A stretch of DNA of 64,000 nucleotides from Micrococcales bacterium (GTDB lineage Bacteria > Actinomycetota > Actinomycetes > Actinomycetales > Cellulomonadaceae): contig WQWY01000002.1 in the NCBI GenBank assembly GCA_009785115.1, forward strand, positions 21,987 through 85,986, in the 5' to 3' direction. Position 1 is the stretch's first letter; each line of letters begins with the position of its first letter. Shown here piece by piece: positions 44,773-54,446 of the stretch. The notes beneath the pieces are model-generated. The model was given only the letters and a program-made list of their open reading frames with translations, was not told the origin of the DNA and did not search any database. Made by a program: the position numbers and the translations under genes.

Positions 44773-46523
44773 CGATCCTCAAGGACGCGCCGCCGCCTGC
44801 CGACGCCGCGTCCGCGGACGTCGCCGCGCGCGCTCCGCGCCCACGGTTCCCCGTCGACAAGGTCGCCGGTCTCGGCGTCATCGGCGCGATGATCGTCTTC
44901 GGGCTCCACGCGCTGTCGAGCCTGGACTTCTCGTGGTCCAGCATCAGGGGCAGCATCGACAACGCCACGACGACGTTCAGCCGCATGGACCCGATCAGCT
45001 TCCCGGCGTTCGGCGACCTGGTGTACCTCATCGGCATGACGGTCGGGATCGTCGTCCTCGGCACGCTGCTGGCGGCGCTGCTCTCGATCCCGGTCGCGTG
45101 GTGCATGGCCGTCGACACCTCGCCGGCGCCGTGGCTGCGCTGGCTCGGACGCACCATCAGCGTCGTCACGCGAGCCGTCCCTGACGTCGTCCTGGCGATG
45201 GCCTTCGCGATGGCGTTCGCGCTCGGCAGCCCCATCCCCGGCATCCTCGCGCTGGGCATCCACTCGGTCGGCATGATCTCCAAGCTGTTCGCGGACGCGA
45301 TCGAGCAGTCTGACGACGGACCGCGCCGAGCCGTGCGTGCCGCCGGAGGGTCGCGGGCGCAAGAGTTCTGGTCGGCGACGTTCCCGCAGGTGCTGCCGGC
45401 GTGGATCGCGACGGTCCTGCACCGCTTCGACATCAACCTGCGAGTCTCAGCGATCCTCGGCTATGCGGGCGTGGGCGGCCTCGGCTACGCGATGCGCATC
45501 GCGTTCCAGCAGTTCCCCGAAGGCTACGGGCGCGGCCTCGGCATCGCGATCGTCATCTTCGTGCTCTGCGTCGTCCTGGAGGTCGTCTCCTCGACCATCC
45601 GTCGTCACCTGCTCGGCACCGACCCGGCAGGCAGAGGCATCGGAGGGCGCATCGTGCGTGCCGCGACGCGCGACCGCTCCCGCGAGGCCTCGGTGCACGA
45701 GAGCGCCATCACCGAGCCGGCGCGTGCCGTCACGGTCGACCAGATGCTCAAGCGCCCGTGGACCACCACCCGCGTCCGCAACGTCACCTGGGGCTGGGGA
45801 GCCGTGGCGCTGGTCGGCGCGAGCTGGTGGTGGGCCGACGTCGACTTCTCGCAGATCCACTGGGAGTACGTGCTCCCGATGGTCCAGAGCTTCTGGCCGC
45901 CGAGCTTTGGCTCCTACGACTTCGCCGTGTTCGCGCAGGCCATGCTCGTGACGATCCAGGTCGCGTTCGCCGCTGCTCTTCTGTCGCTGGTGCTCTCCCT
46001 GATCTTCGGTGCGCTCGCGGCCCGCAACGTGGCCCCGAGCCCGGGCGTGCGGAACTTCTTCCGTGTCACCCTCGTCGTCTTCCGCGGAGTGCCGGAGCTG
46101 GTGCTGGCGATCTTCCTCATCATGATCACCGGGCTCGGCAACCAGGCCGGTGTCGTGGCGCTCGCGTTCGGCGGCATCGGCCTGCTCGGCAAGCTGATCG
46201 CCGACTCCTTCGAGGAGGTTCCGCGCGGGGTCGAGCGAGCCGTGACCACCACCGGGGCGACGCGCAACCAGCGTTTCTTCGCCAGCACCTGGCCGGTGGG
46301 TTTCCGGGCGCTGGTCAGCAACTCGCTCTACCTCGTCGACACCAACATCCGCGCGGCGACGATCCTCGGCATCGTCGGTGGTGGCGGCATCGGCTTCTAC
46401 CTCACCCAGGCGTCGACGGTCATGAGCCTGCACGGGCAGGTGACGACGCTCGTCGCCATGGTCGTCGTCACCGTGCTCGTCGTCGAGGGCGTCTCCACGT
46501 GGTTGCGCCGCGTGTTCCGCTGA
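44769..46523 (+). CDS. phnE: Phosphonate ABC transporter permease, fused tandem PhnE-PhnE
   Basis: 584 aa with two successive permease modules, each ending in the EAA-like loop (...IEQSDDGPRRAVRAAGGSR... and ...FEEVPRGVERAVTTTGATR...). GTGA overlap with phnC. Confidence 0.85.
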   Translation: MTILKDAPPPADAASADVAARAPRPRFPVDKVAGLGVIGAMIVFGLHALSSLDFSWSSIRGSIDNATTTFSRMDPISFPAFGDLVYLIGMTVGIVVLGTLLAALLSIPVAWCMAVDTSPAPWLRWLGRTISVVTRAVPDVVLAMAFAMAFALGSPIPGILALGIHSVGMISKLFADAIEQSDDGPRRAVRAAGGSRAQEFWSATFPQVLPAWIATVLHRFDINLRVSAILGYAGVGGLGYAMRIAFQQFPEGYGRGLGIAIVIFVLCVVLEVVSSTIRRHLLGTDPAGRGIGGRIVRAATRDRSREASVHESAITEPARAVTVDQMLKRPWTTTRVRNVTWGWGAVALVGASWWWADVDFSQIHWEYVLPMVQSFWPPSFGSYDFAVFAQAMLVTIQVAFAAALLSLVLSLIFGALAARNVAPSPGVRNFFRVTLVVFRGVPELVLAIFLIMITGLGNQAGVVALAFGGIGLLGKLIADSFEEVPRGVERAVTTTGATRNQRFFASTWPVGFRALVSNSLYLVDTNIRAATILGIVGGGGIGFYLTQASTVMSLHGQVTTLVAMVVVTVLVVEGVSTWLRRVFR

Positions 46524-46547
46524 CGGTGCCAGCCCGCACCGGGGTGA

Positions 46548-47576
46548 TCAGCTCAGCTTGATGACGGTGAGGCTCGAGCAGATCGCGGACGGGCTGCTCG
46601 AGACGTGGACGAGGGGGAAGAGGCTGGTGTTCACCATCCGCAGACGAGCGCCGTCGGAGGTGACGGTGACGAGCATGGTGTGTGCCATGCTCAGCTCGAG
46701 GACGGGGTTCTTCGCCGTGACGGACTGGATCTCAGAACCGGGGATCATCGTGCCGTCGAGAGAGAGCGCGACCGACATCGTCTTCTCCGAGTCGCTGCCG
46801 TCCGGGTATGCCTGGAGGTAGTAGGAGATCAGATAGGTGCCGGCGCTCAGGGTCACCGAGTCGCTGGAGGCACGTGCGATCGCGGTCCCGACGACCGCCT
46901 GACCGGTCCCGACAGGCACGGTGGCCCCCTGCGCCACCGTGCCTGTCCCCGAGACGCTCTGCCAGAAATACCCCGAGTTCTCCGAGAGAACCCCGGGGGG
47001 CCCCTGGATCCCTTGGAGCCCTTGCACTCCCTGCGGGCCGGTCTGACCCGTCGCGCCGGGAACGCCGCCGGCTCCGGCGAGGCCTGTGGCCCCCGTGAGG
47101 CCGACGAGGCCCTGTGGCCCTGCCGGCCCTTGTGGCCCGGTCAGGCCTGGTGGGCCTTCTGGACCTTGTGCCCCCATCGGGCCCTGGAGCCCTGCCGGCC
47201 CTTGCGGTCCCGCTGGACCCTGTTCGCCGGTCAGGCCTTGTGCCCCTGCCGGCCCTTGCGTTCCAGCGGCTCCTGGTGGCCCCGCCGGGCCTTGTGCTCC
47301 AGCGCTTCCCTGGGGGCCTCGGGCGCCGACGACGCCTTGCGGCGCCGGCGCGATGTCGCCGGCCAGCACCTGAGACTGTGGCTCGCCGGGCAGCGTGCTG
47401 CCGGTGCTCCCGGTGGGGTACCACGGGCCCTGGAGCCCGAGCTGTTGGTGGGGCCCGTCGTCGGCTGCCGCCGACAAGGCGACCAGCGAGGTAGCGACGG
47501 TGAGGACGAGCGTCGTCGACGTGCTGACGACGCGCACGTGCGCGGTGCGCCTCGTGGGGTGGTGAGCTCTGCTCAT
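46548..47576 (-). CDS. Collagen-like triple-helix repeat protein with BclA/C1q-TNF-like C-terminal domain
   Basis: ATG47576 sits 6 nt after GAGGAGG. Hydrophobic signal/anchor, 38 uninterrupted G-X-Y triplets, then a ~147-aa beta-rich CTD (...[17 protein letters not shown]...SLTVIKLS). The track ORF extends spuriously to 48206. Confidence 0.85.
   Translation of the reverse strand: MSRAHHPTRRTAHVRVVSTSTTLVLTVATSLVALSAAADDGPHQQLGLQGPWYPTGSTGSTLPGEPQSQVLAGDIAPAPQGVVGARGPQGSAGAQGPAGPPGAAGTQGPAGAQGLTGEQGPAGPQGPAGLQGPMGAQGPEGPPGLTGPQGPAGPQGLVGLTGATGLAGAGGVPGATGQTGPQGVQGLQGIQGPPGVLSENSGYFWQSVSGTGTVAQGATVPVGTGQAVVGTAIARASSDSVTLSAGTYLISYYLQAYPDGSDSEKTMSVALSLDGTMIPGSEIQSVTAKNPVLELSMAHTMLVTVTSDGARLRMVNTSLFPLVHVSSSPSAICSSLTVIKLS
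46992..47336 (-). repeat. G-X-Y collagen repeat region (coding, 9-bp periodic)
   Basis: aa 81-195 of the protein: [22 protein letters not shown]...[10 protein letters not shown]. Confidence 0.85.
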
Positions 47577-47587
47577 CGGTATCCTCC

Positions 47588-48154
47588 TCATCGCGCCGGG
47601 ACGGGCGAGCCGTTCTCGACGAGCCGACGGGCCTCGCCCGCGGTGGGGGAGAAGACCTCTACCTGGAACGCGGCCCCGGGGAAGGTGAGGTAGGTGCTCG
47701 CGGGATGGCTGCTGAAGGTGGCCGCCACAGCCCCGGTCCTCGTCTCGAGGAGCTCGGCCTCCTCGTTCTCGATCGCCTCTCGCAGACCCTCGTGCCCGGC
47801 CGACACCCGGTACGTCGCGACCGTGAGGTACTCCTCCGAGGCCCCGGCCCGCACACCCTGCGGCAGGTAGCGCACGAACACGGTGTCGTCGTAGACCACC
47901 GTGACCTCCAGCTGGGTGCCGTCGCGCTCGCCGAGCCAGTACAGCGGGTCGACGCTCGCGCCGAGGTCCGTGAGCTCTTTCGCGCTGAGGATCGTCGGTA
48001 CCCCGAGCGTGAGGCCTGGCCTCTCCTGGGCGCTCGCACCCGTGTCGCCGTCCGTCCTGGTGGTGAGGGTAGCGACGCCCCACGAGGTCGCCGCGGAGAC
48101 GGCGACGACAGCGCCGAGACCGATCACGACGATCCTGCCGAGCCTGAGCGCCAT
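47588..48154 (-). CDS. N-terminally anchored hypothetical protein, upstream partner of the collagen-like gene
   Basis: 188 aa with an anchor [21 protein letters not shown]. Stop lies 11 nt before the collagen gene start, on the same strand. Preceded by an AT-rich promoter-like region (48160-48230). Confidence 0.55.
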   Translation of the reverse strand: MALRLGRIVVIGLGAVVAVSAATSWGVATLTTRTDGDTGASAQERPGLTLGVPTILSAKELTDLGASVDPLYWLGERDGTQLEVTVVYDDTVFVRYLPQGVRAGASEEYLTVATYRVSAGHEGLREAIENEEAELLETRTGAVAATFSSHPASTYLTFPGAAFQVEVFSPTAGEARRLVENGSPVPAR

Positions 48155-48299
48155 GGGGTCCTGTCATCCTTCCAGAGGCACGACGAATGCAAGTCACGAA
48201 TGTCATGACTAAGTTAGACGCTGTCGTGACGAACCGCCATCGGCCGGCCGGTCGCCGGCGGTCCCCGAGGTAGCGACAGGTTCCGAGGGTCCGCGAGCC

Positions 48300-49916
48300 T
48301 CACACCCAGGAGGGCAGCCACATCCGCAGGCGCCAGTGGTCGTAGGGGATGACCCAGGCTGTCCAGACCGGGTAGAAGAACGCCGACACCGCGACGACCA
48401 GCAGCACCACGACGGCCACGGCCCTGATGGTCGTCTTGCGGGTGGCGGGGTCCATGGCCTCCTTCGGCCCGATCAGCAGCCCGATCGTGTAGGTCAGGGC
48501 GAGCACCACCCAGGGCAGGAAGGCGATCGAGTAGAACGTGAAGATCGTGCGGTGGGTGTACAGCATCCACGGCAGCCAGCCGGCCACGACCCCCGACAGC
48601 ACCGCCGAGGCCCTCCAGTCCCGGTACAGGACCAGCCAGACGAGGGCGACGAGCAGGCCCGCCGCACCGAGCCACCAGATCAGCGGGTTGCCCAACGAGG
48701 TGATCGCCTGGGAGCACAGGTTCGCGCCGCAGGCCTCCTGAGCCTCGGCCCCGCGCAGCCCGGAGACCTCGCTCGGGTAGTAGAACGACGTGGGGCGCCA
48801 CTGCACGACCCAGCCCAGCGGGTGCGCCTCGTACGGGTGCGGGGTGTCCAGGTTGCTGTGGAACGTCCACATCTGGAGGTGGTACTGCCACAGCGACCGC
48901 AGCGCGGGGGGCAGCCAGGTCACCCCCTCGCCGGGGTGCTGCTCGGCCCACCGGCGGCCCCACGCGTCCTCAGAGGCGAACCACGAGGTCCAGGTGGCCA
49001 CGTAGGTCGCCGCGGCGATCCCCACCATGGCGACCCCGGCGACCAGTCCGTCACGCACCACGCCGCCGACGAACCAGCGGCGCACGCCGACGGTGCGCCG
49101 GGCCGTGACGTCCCACAGCACCGACAGCACCCCGAGCACCGCGAGGAAGTAGATGCCCGACCACTTGGTGCCGCAGGCCAGGCCCAGCAGCACCGCCGCG
49201 CCCAGCCGCCACCAGCGCACTCCCAACATGGGCCCCATGGCCGGCAGCGTCTGGCCGGCGTCGAGGATCGCGGCGGTGCGCACCGCCAGCCGTCGTCGGG
49301 CCTGTTCTCGGTCGAGCAGCAGCAGACCGAACGCGCCCAGCGCGAAGACCATGAGGAAGGGGTCGAGCAGGCTGGTGCGGGACATGACGATCGCCATCCC
49401 GTCGACCGCCAGGAACAGCCCGGCCAGCGTTCCCAGCGCGGTCGAGGCGAGCAGGCGCCGGGCGACCCGGGCGAGCATGAGCACCGCGAGCGTGCCGGCG
49501 ACAGCCACGGCCAGCCGCCAGGCGACCGCGCTCGTCTGGCCACCGCCCAGGTGGATGCCGAACGCGATCAACCACTTGCCGACCGGCGGGTGCACCACAT
49601 ACTCGGCCAGCACACCCAGGCCTGAGGTGTCGCCGGCCTCGAACGCCGGGTTGGGGTCGGCGCCCCAGCCGGCCTCGTACCCGCGCACCAGCAGCGAGTA
49701 CGCGTTCTTCACGTAGTACGTCTCGTCGAACACCAGGTGGTGCGGGCGGCCCAGGTTCCAGAAGCGCAGCACGCCCCCGAGCAGCGCCACGGCCAGCGGC
49801 CCGGCCCAGCCGAGCAGCCTCGCCCGGGGCGTCGCGTCGAGCAGCATCGTGGACGTGCCGAGCAGGCGTCGGGTCAGACGGGTCGCGGTGGGCTCGGCCG
49901 GGTCTTCCCCGGGCAT
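48300..49916 (-). CDS. pmt: Dolichyl/polyprenyl-phosphate-mannose protein O-mannosyltransferase (GT39, Pmt)
   Basis: ...LRFWNLGRPHHLVFDETYYVKNAYSLL... has the DE motif in loop 1, and the protein is polytopic. ATG49916 gives ~35 aa before TM1. The track ORF continues to 50888 across the divergent rsmI gene, which is not credible. A GTG at 50159 is a possible longer start. Confidence 0.8.
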   Translation of the reverse strand: MPGEDPAEPTATRLTRRLLGTSTMLLDATPRARLLGWAGPLAVALLGGVLRFWNLGRPHHLVFDETYYVKNAYSLLVRGYEAGWGADPNPAFEAGDTSGLGVLAEYVVHPPVGKWLIAFGIHLGGGQTSAVAWRLAVAVAGTLAVLMLARVARRLLASTALGTLAGLFLAVDGMAIVMSRTSLLDPFLMVFALGAFGLLLLDREQARRRLAVRTAAILDAGQTLPAMGPMLGVRWWRLGAAVLLGLACGTKWSGIYFLAVLGVLSVLWDVTARRTVGVRRWFVGGVVRDGLVAGVAMVGIAAATYVATWTSWFASEDAWGRRWAEQHPGEGVTWLPPALRSLWQYHLQMWTFHSNLDTPHPYEAHPLGWVVQWRPTSFYYPSEVSGLRGAEAQEACGANLCSQAITSLGNPLIWWLGAAGLLVALVWLVLYRDWRASAVLSGVVAGWLPWMLYTHRTIFTFYSIAFLPWVVLALTYTIGLLIGPKEAMDPATRKTTIRAVAVVVLLVVAVSAFFYPVWTAWVIPYDHWRLRMWLPSWV

Positions 49917-50206
49917 CGGCGCGGGTGTGGGGCGCGGGCGGCGCCGAGACGGTGCGACGGGCGCGGCGGCTGAGGCGCTGGTCGGGTCGTGAGCGCCGTC
50001 TGGTGCGGCAGGGGCGGTCGGTGAGAGTGCCTGAGAGAGGTCCTCCTCCGGCAGCCAGCCCCCGTCAGACGGTTCGTCTCCCACGGTCAGAGAGGTGAGG
50101 TCCGGGTCGTCGGAGGCCGGGGCCGGTGTCCCAGGCTGCTCCGGTGATCGGTCGGGCACCTGGTCATGGTAGGTCTGCTCGTCGTGGTGGGTGGCAGTCT
50201 TGGCCC

Positions 50207-51046
50207 ATGAGCTCTGGAGCGCTCGTGCTGTGCGCCACCCCCATCGGCAACGTCGAGGACGCCTCGCCGCGCCTGCGTCGTCTGCTCGCCGAGGCCGACG
50301 TCGTCGCCGCCGAGGACACCCGACGCGTCCGCGCGCTGGCCGCCCGTCTCGACGTGCGGATCGGTGGCCGGGTGGTGTCGGCCCACGACCACAACGAGGC
50401 GGCCCGGGCGCAAGCCCTGCTGGACGAGGTGGCGGCGGGTGCCACGGTGGTCGTGGTGACCGACGCGGGGATGCCGTCGGTCTCCGACCCCGGCTTTCGC
50501 CTGGTGGCCGCTGCTGTGGACGCCGGCCTGCCGGTGACCGTGGCGCCTGGCCCGTCGGCGGTGCTCGCCGCGCTCGCGGTGTCGGGTCTGCCCACCGACC
50601 GCTTCTGCTTCGAGGGTTTCTTGCCGCGCCGCCCCGGCGAGCGCGCCCGGGCCCTGGCCGGCCTGGCCACCGAGCCCCGCACCATGGTCGTGTTCGAGGC
50701 CCCGCACCGTCTGGCGACGCTGCTCGCGGCCATGGTCGAGGCCTTCGGTGCCGACCGCCCCGCCGCGGTGTGCCGCGAGCTGACGAAACTTCACGAGGAG
50801 GTGGCTCGCGGCGGGCTGGGCGAGCTGGTCGCGTGGGCGACCTCGAAGGAGGTCCGAGGGGAGGTCGTCGTGGTGGTCGGCGGCGCACCGAGCACCGGCG
50901 GCGTGATCGACGACGCGACGGTAGCCACCGTGCTCGCCCGCGTGGAGGACGGCGAACGCCTCAAGGACGCCGTGGCGCACGTGGCGGGGGAGGCGCGGGT
51001 GTCTCGTCGCGAGCTCTACGACGCTGCCACCGCCGCCCGGCGGTAG
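50207..51046 (+). CDS. rsmI: 16S rRNA (cytidine1402-2'-O)-methyltransferase
   Basis: MSSGALVLCATPIGNVEDASPRLRRLLAEADVVAAEDTRR... is the RsmI tetrapyrrole-methylase-fold signature. Confidence 0.9.
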   Translation: MSSGALVLCATPIGNVEDASPRLRRLLAEADVVAAEDTRRVRALAARLDVRIGGRVVSAHDHNEAARAQALLDEVAAGATVVVVTDAGMPSVSDPGFRLVAAAVDAGLPVTVAPGPSAVLAALAVSGLPTDRFCFEGFLPRRPGERARALAGLATEPRTMVVFEAPHRLATLLAAMVEAFGADRPAAVCRELTKLHEEVARGGLGELVAWATSKEVRGEVVVVVGGAPSTGGVIDDATVATVLARVEDGERLKDAVAHVAGEARVSRRELYDAATAARR

Positions 51047-51053
51047 GAGCGGG

Positions 51054-51338
51054 TCAGAGCACCGTCAGGGTGACGTCGACCGGCTCGCCGACGGTCAGGG
51101 CCTCTGCTGTGGCGACCTTGCGCGCGACGAGCAGCAAGAAGCTCTCCTTGTCGGGGAAGACGGTGGTCTTCCACGTGGTCGCCCCGATGGTCGCCTCGAC
51201 CTTGACCCCCTGGAACCCGACGCGCGGCACCTGGAGGTCGTTGATCAGGTCTGACACGTCCTCGGGCAGGAACACCACGAGGTAGGTCGCCCGTCCGTGG
51301 GGCAACGCCTGCAACGGGGCCGAGAGCTGGACGCGCAC
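51054..51338 (-). CDS. DUF1905 domain protein
   Basis: 94 aa; ...VKVEATIGATTWKTTVFPDKESFLLLVARKV... is the DUF1905 pattern. Confidence 0.7.
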   Translation of the reverse strand: MRVQLSAPLQALPHGRATYLVVFLPEDVSDLINDLQVPRVGFQGVKVEATIGATTWKTTVFPDKESFLLLVARKVATAEALTVGEPVDVTLTVL

Positions 51339-51548
51339 CGCACCATCTTCCCAGGAGGCGACGGGCTCTCAGGCTGCGACGCCCGACACCCTCGGTCGCC
51401 TCTTCGCCTCGGACGGGCACGCCTGCCCGCTGGGCTCCCTCTCGGAGATCGGCGTGTCGGTCTGGAGGAGGCCGGCGTCCCGGTTTACGGTCATTCGGGG
51501 TGGTCTCGCCTGGGGCGCACCTGACGACGACGAGCACTGAGGGGCCCG

Positions 51549-51716
51549 ATGCCAGCCAAGATCAAGACCTGGGTGATCTGGTTGATCGTCGCGTTCCTGG
51601 TGTACGCGGTGGTCAAGAACCCCGACCGTGCCGCGACCGTCGTCCGCTCCATCTGGGACCTGATCTACGCCACCGTCGAAGGCGTCCTCAGGTTCTTCGG
51701 GAGCCTCGCGGGATGA
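51549..51716 (+). CDS. Small membrane protein (55 aa; below the ORF-track size cut-off)
   Basis: Own translation: [55 protein letters not shown]. One TM segment. The stop overlaps the next gene's ATG (ATGA at 51713-51716). Confidence 0.4.
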   Translation: MPAKIKTWVIWLIVAFLVYAVVKNPDRAATVVRSIWDLIYATVEGVLRFFGSLAG

Positions 51717-52591
51717 CCGCGCCCCCCGTCCCGGTCCCAGAGAAGGGCAAGAAGGCCTTCTCTCGGTACCTGGCCGAGGGCGAAGAGTTCGTGCTGCTCA
51801 CCCGCAAGCACTGGATCACCATCGCTGAGCCGGTCGCGACCGGTGCGGGCAGCTTCGTCCTCATGGTCGTCCTGATCGCACGCATGGAGCAGACGGCCGG
51901 TGACGCCGCGTACATCCTCTTCCTGATCTGGTTGGTCATCGCCGCCCGGACGCTGTACCGCATCGTGGAGTGGCGGATGCGGTGGTTCGGGTCCACCAAG
52001 CGTCGCCTGATGCTTCAGACGGGGGTGATCGTCCGCAAGATGGCGATGATGCCCTTGGAGAAGGTCACCGACATGAACTACGCCGAGACCCCGCTCGGGA
52101 AGGTCCTCGGCTATGGGCAGTACGTCATGGAGTCGGCCGGCCAGGACCAGGCGCTGCGGGTGGTCGACCGCGTCCCGCACTCTGACGTGTACTACCGGAT
52201 CCTCATCGGGACGATGTTCGGCCCCAAGGACGAGCCCGCGACGCCTGCCCCCCAGCCCGAGCCCGCGCACGACGGTCTCCCCGAGGTGCCGGACTGGCCG
52301 CCGCGCTACACCCGCGAGGAGTGGGAGGCCCGCGAGCGCGAGGAGTTCGACCAGCAGAAGCTCGAGCGGTGGGAGCCCGTCACGCCGTACGACAAGCTGC
52401 CACCGACGTTCCCGCCCCCCGGGCCCGCGGAGGCAGAGCCCCAGGCAGCGCCCCAGCCGGTGCCGTCAGACGCCCCCACCCAGGTGATCGACATCACCGA
52501 CCCGGTCCAGCTGCTCAAGGACCCCTGGGCAGACGCCCACCTCGCCGAGGAGGCCAAGGGGGTCGCCTCGAGCGACTCGAAGAAGGACTGA
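51713..52591 (+). CDS. Bacterial PH-domain (bPH_2/YdbS-like) membrane protein with Pro-rich tail
   Basis: ...[19 protein letters not shown]..., two TM segments, ...[39 protein letters not shown]..., then a PE-rich C-terminus. Confidence 0.65.
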   Translation: MTAPPVPVPEKGKKAFSRYLAEGEEFVLLTRKHWITIAEPVATGAGSFVLMVVLIARMEQTAGDAAYILFLIWLVIAARTLYRIVEWRMRWFGSTKRRLMLQTGVIVRKMAMMPLEKVTDMNYAETPLGKVLGYGQYVMESAGQDQALRVVDRVPHSDVYYRILIGTMFGPKDEPATPAPQPEPAHDGLPEVPDWPPRYTREEWEAREREEFDQQKLERWEPVTPYDKLPPTFPPPGPAEAEPQAAPQPVPSDAPTQVIDITDPVQLLKDPWADAHLAEEAKGVASSDSKKD

Positions 52592-52658
52592 CCTGAGCTC
52601 CAGGCTGGCCGGAGACCTCACGGCACCACCTGCCCACCCGACCTCTAGGATCGGGGGC

Positions 52659-54443
52659 ATGGCTCGCATCCTCTCCGCCGTCGCCTGGCCGTACGCCAAC
52701 GGGCCCCGACACATCGGTCACGTCGCCGGTTTCGGGGTCCCCTCCGACGTGTTCTCCCGGTACATGCGCATGGCGGGCCACGACGTGCTCATGGTGTCCG
52801 GCACCGACGAGCACGGCACGCCGATCCTGGTGCAGGCCGAGCAGGAGGGTGTCACCCCGCAACAGCTGGCCGACAGGTACAACCGGGTGATCGTGGAGGA
52901 CCTGGCCGCGCTCGGTCTCTCCTACGACCTGTTCACCCGCACCACGACGCTCAACCACCACGCGGTGGCCCAAGAGATGTTCCGCACGGTGCACCGCAAC
53001 GGCTACATGGTCGAGCGCACCACCATGGGGGCTATCAGCCCCTCGACCGGCCGCACCCTGCCCGACCGGTACATCGAGGGCACCTGCCCCATCTGCGGGT
53101 ACGACGGCGCGCGCGGCGACCAGTGCGACAGCTGCGGCAACCAGCTCGACGCGATCGACCTCGTCAAGCCCCGTTCGCGCGTCGACGGCGAGGTCCCGAC
53201 GTTCGTCGAGTCGTCGCACTTCTTCCTCGACCTGCCGGCGTTCGTCGAGGCGCTGGGCCAGTGGTTGCGCACCCGCACCGCCTGGCGTCCCAACGTGCTG
53301 AAGTTCTCCCTCAACCTGCTGGACGACGTGCGCCCGCGCGCGATGACCAGGGATATCGACTGGGGCATCCCCGTGCCGCTGCCGGGCTGGGAGGAGAACC
53401 CCGGCAAGCGCCTGTACGTGTGGTTCGACGCGGTGATCGGGTACCTCTCGGCCTCGATCGAGTGGGCGCGGCGTACCGGCGACGACGAGGCGTGGCGCTC
53501 GTGGTGGAACGACACCGACGCGCTGGCCTACTACTTCATGGGTAAGGACAACATCACCTTTCACTCTCAGATCTGGCCGGCCGAGCTGCTCGGCTATGCC
53601 GGGCGCGGCTCACGAGGGGGCGAGCCCGGTATCTACGGAGAGCTCAACCTGCCCACCGAGGTCGTCTCCAGCGAGTTCCTCAACGTCGAGGGCAAGCAGC
53701 TCTCGACCTCGCGCGGTGTGGTGATCCACGTGCGCGACTTCCTGGCTCGCTACCAGCCCGACGCGCTGCGCTACTACCTGTCGATCGCCGGGCCGGAGTC
53801 CCAGGACGTCGACTTCACCTGGTCAGAGTTCTACCGGCGCACCAACGACGAGCTGGTCGCCGGGTGGGGCAACCTCGTCAACCGCACCGCCAGCATGGTC
53901 GCCGCCAGCTTCGGCGAGATCCCCGCCCCGGGGGTGCGCACGCCGCGCGACGAGGAGCTGCTGGCCGCCACGACGTCCGCGTACGGTCGGGTCGGGGACC
54001 TGATCGGCGCCCACCGGCAGCGTCAGGCCCTCGGTGAGGCGATGCGGGTGGTCGGTGAGGCGAACCGCTACGTCTCGGACACCGAGCCGTGGAAGCTCAA
54101 GACCGACCCGGACCGTCAGGCCACGGTGCTGCACACGCTGACCCAGGCGGTCGCCGACCTGAACCGGCTGCTCGCGCCGTTCCTGCCGCACTCGGCCCAG
54201 CAGGTGCACCAGACGCTGGGCGGCACCGGCGCGTTCTCCCCGCAGCCGCGCATCGACGAGGTGACCGACCTGGACGACCCGTCGCGTCGCTACCCGGTCA
54301 TCACCGGCGACTACACGGACGTGCCCGGCTGGGCGCCCGAGCCCGTGGTGCCCGGAACCCCGGTCGGCAAGCCGACGCCCATCTTCCGCAAGCTCGACGA
54401 GGCTGGCATCGCTGAGGAGCTGGCTCGGCTGACCGACGGCTAG
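52659..54443 (+). CDS. metG: Methionine--tRNA ligase
   Basis: [14 protein letters not shown] (HIGH motif), zinc knuckle CPICG...CDSCG, and a KMSKS-like GKQLSTSRG. Confidence 0.95.
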   Translation: MARILSAVAWPYANGPRHIGHVAGFGVPSDVFSRYMRMAGHDVLMVSGTDEHGTPILVQAEQEGVTPQQLADRYNRVIVEDLAALGLSYDLFTRTTTLNHHAVAQEMFRTVHRNGYMVERTTMGAISPSTGRTLPDRYIEGTCPICGYDGARGDQCDSCGNQLDAIDLVKPRSRVDGEVPTFVESSHFFLDLPAFVEALGQWLRTRTAWRPNVLKFSLNLLDDVRPRAMTRDIDWGIPVPLPGWEENPGKRLYVWFDAVIGYLSASIEWARRTGDDEAWRSWWNDTDALAYYFMGKDNITFHSQIWPAELLGYAGRGSRGGEPGIYGELNLPTEVVSSEFLNVEGKQLSTSRGVVIHVRDFLARYQPDALRYYLSIAGPESQDVDFTWSEFYRRTNDELVAGWGNLVNRTASMVAASFGEIPAPGVRTPRDEELLAATTSAYGRVGDLIGAHRQRQALGEAMRVVGEANRYVSDTEPWKLKTDPDRQATVLHTLTQAVADLNRLLAPFLPHSAQQVHQTLGGTGAFSPQPRIDEVTDLDDPSRRYPVITGDYTDVPGWAPEPVVPGTPVGKPTPIFRKLDEAGIAEELARLTDG

Positions 54444-54446
54444 CGC

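Larger units (their letters stand above)
34121..48206. other. Candidate genomic island inserted at the 3' end of tRNA-Ala (TA pair, decayed spacer, phn regulon, collagen-like operon)
   Basis: Separates two gene runs that lie close together in the mycobacterial order (from memory). Begins exactly at a tRNA 3' end and has wholly accessory content. I could find no integrase or att repeat. Confidence 0.4.

Noticed and set aside
46992-47336. Highly periodic DNA that might be taken for a CRISPR array or non-coding tandem repeat
   Set aside because: The periodicity is 9 bp, with no spacer/repeat structure. It translates cleanly as G-X-Y collagen triplets inside a well-supported ORF.
34121-48299. 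Integrase, transposase or att direct repeat marking the tRNA-Ala island
   Set aside because: I found no recombinase-like ORF or motif. I could not find a copy of the tRNA-Ala 3' end (GGTTCGAGTCCGGTCAGCTCCA) by eye. The island call rests only on context and content.
49917-50888. N-terminal 320-codon extension of the pmt ORF in the track
   Set aside because: It would run across the divergent rsmI gene. It is Arg/Pro-rich nonsense upstream of about 50160. ATG49916 gives a normal Pmt N-terminus. A GTG at 50159 remains a possible but unproven longer start.
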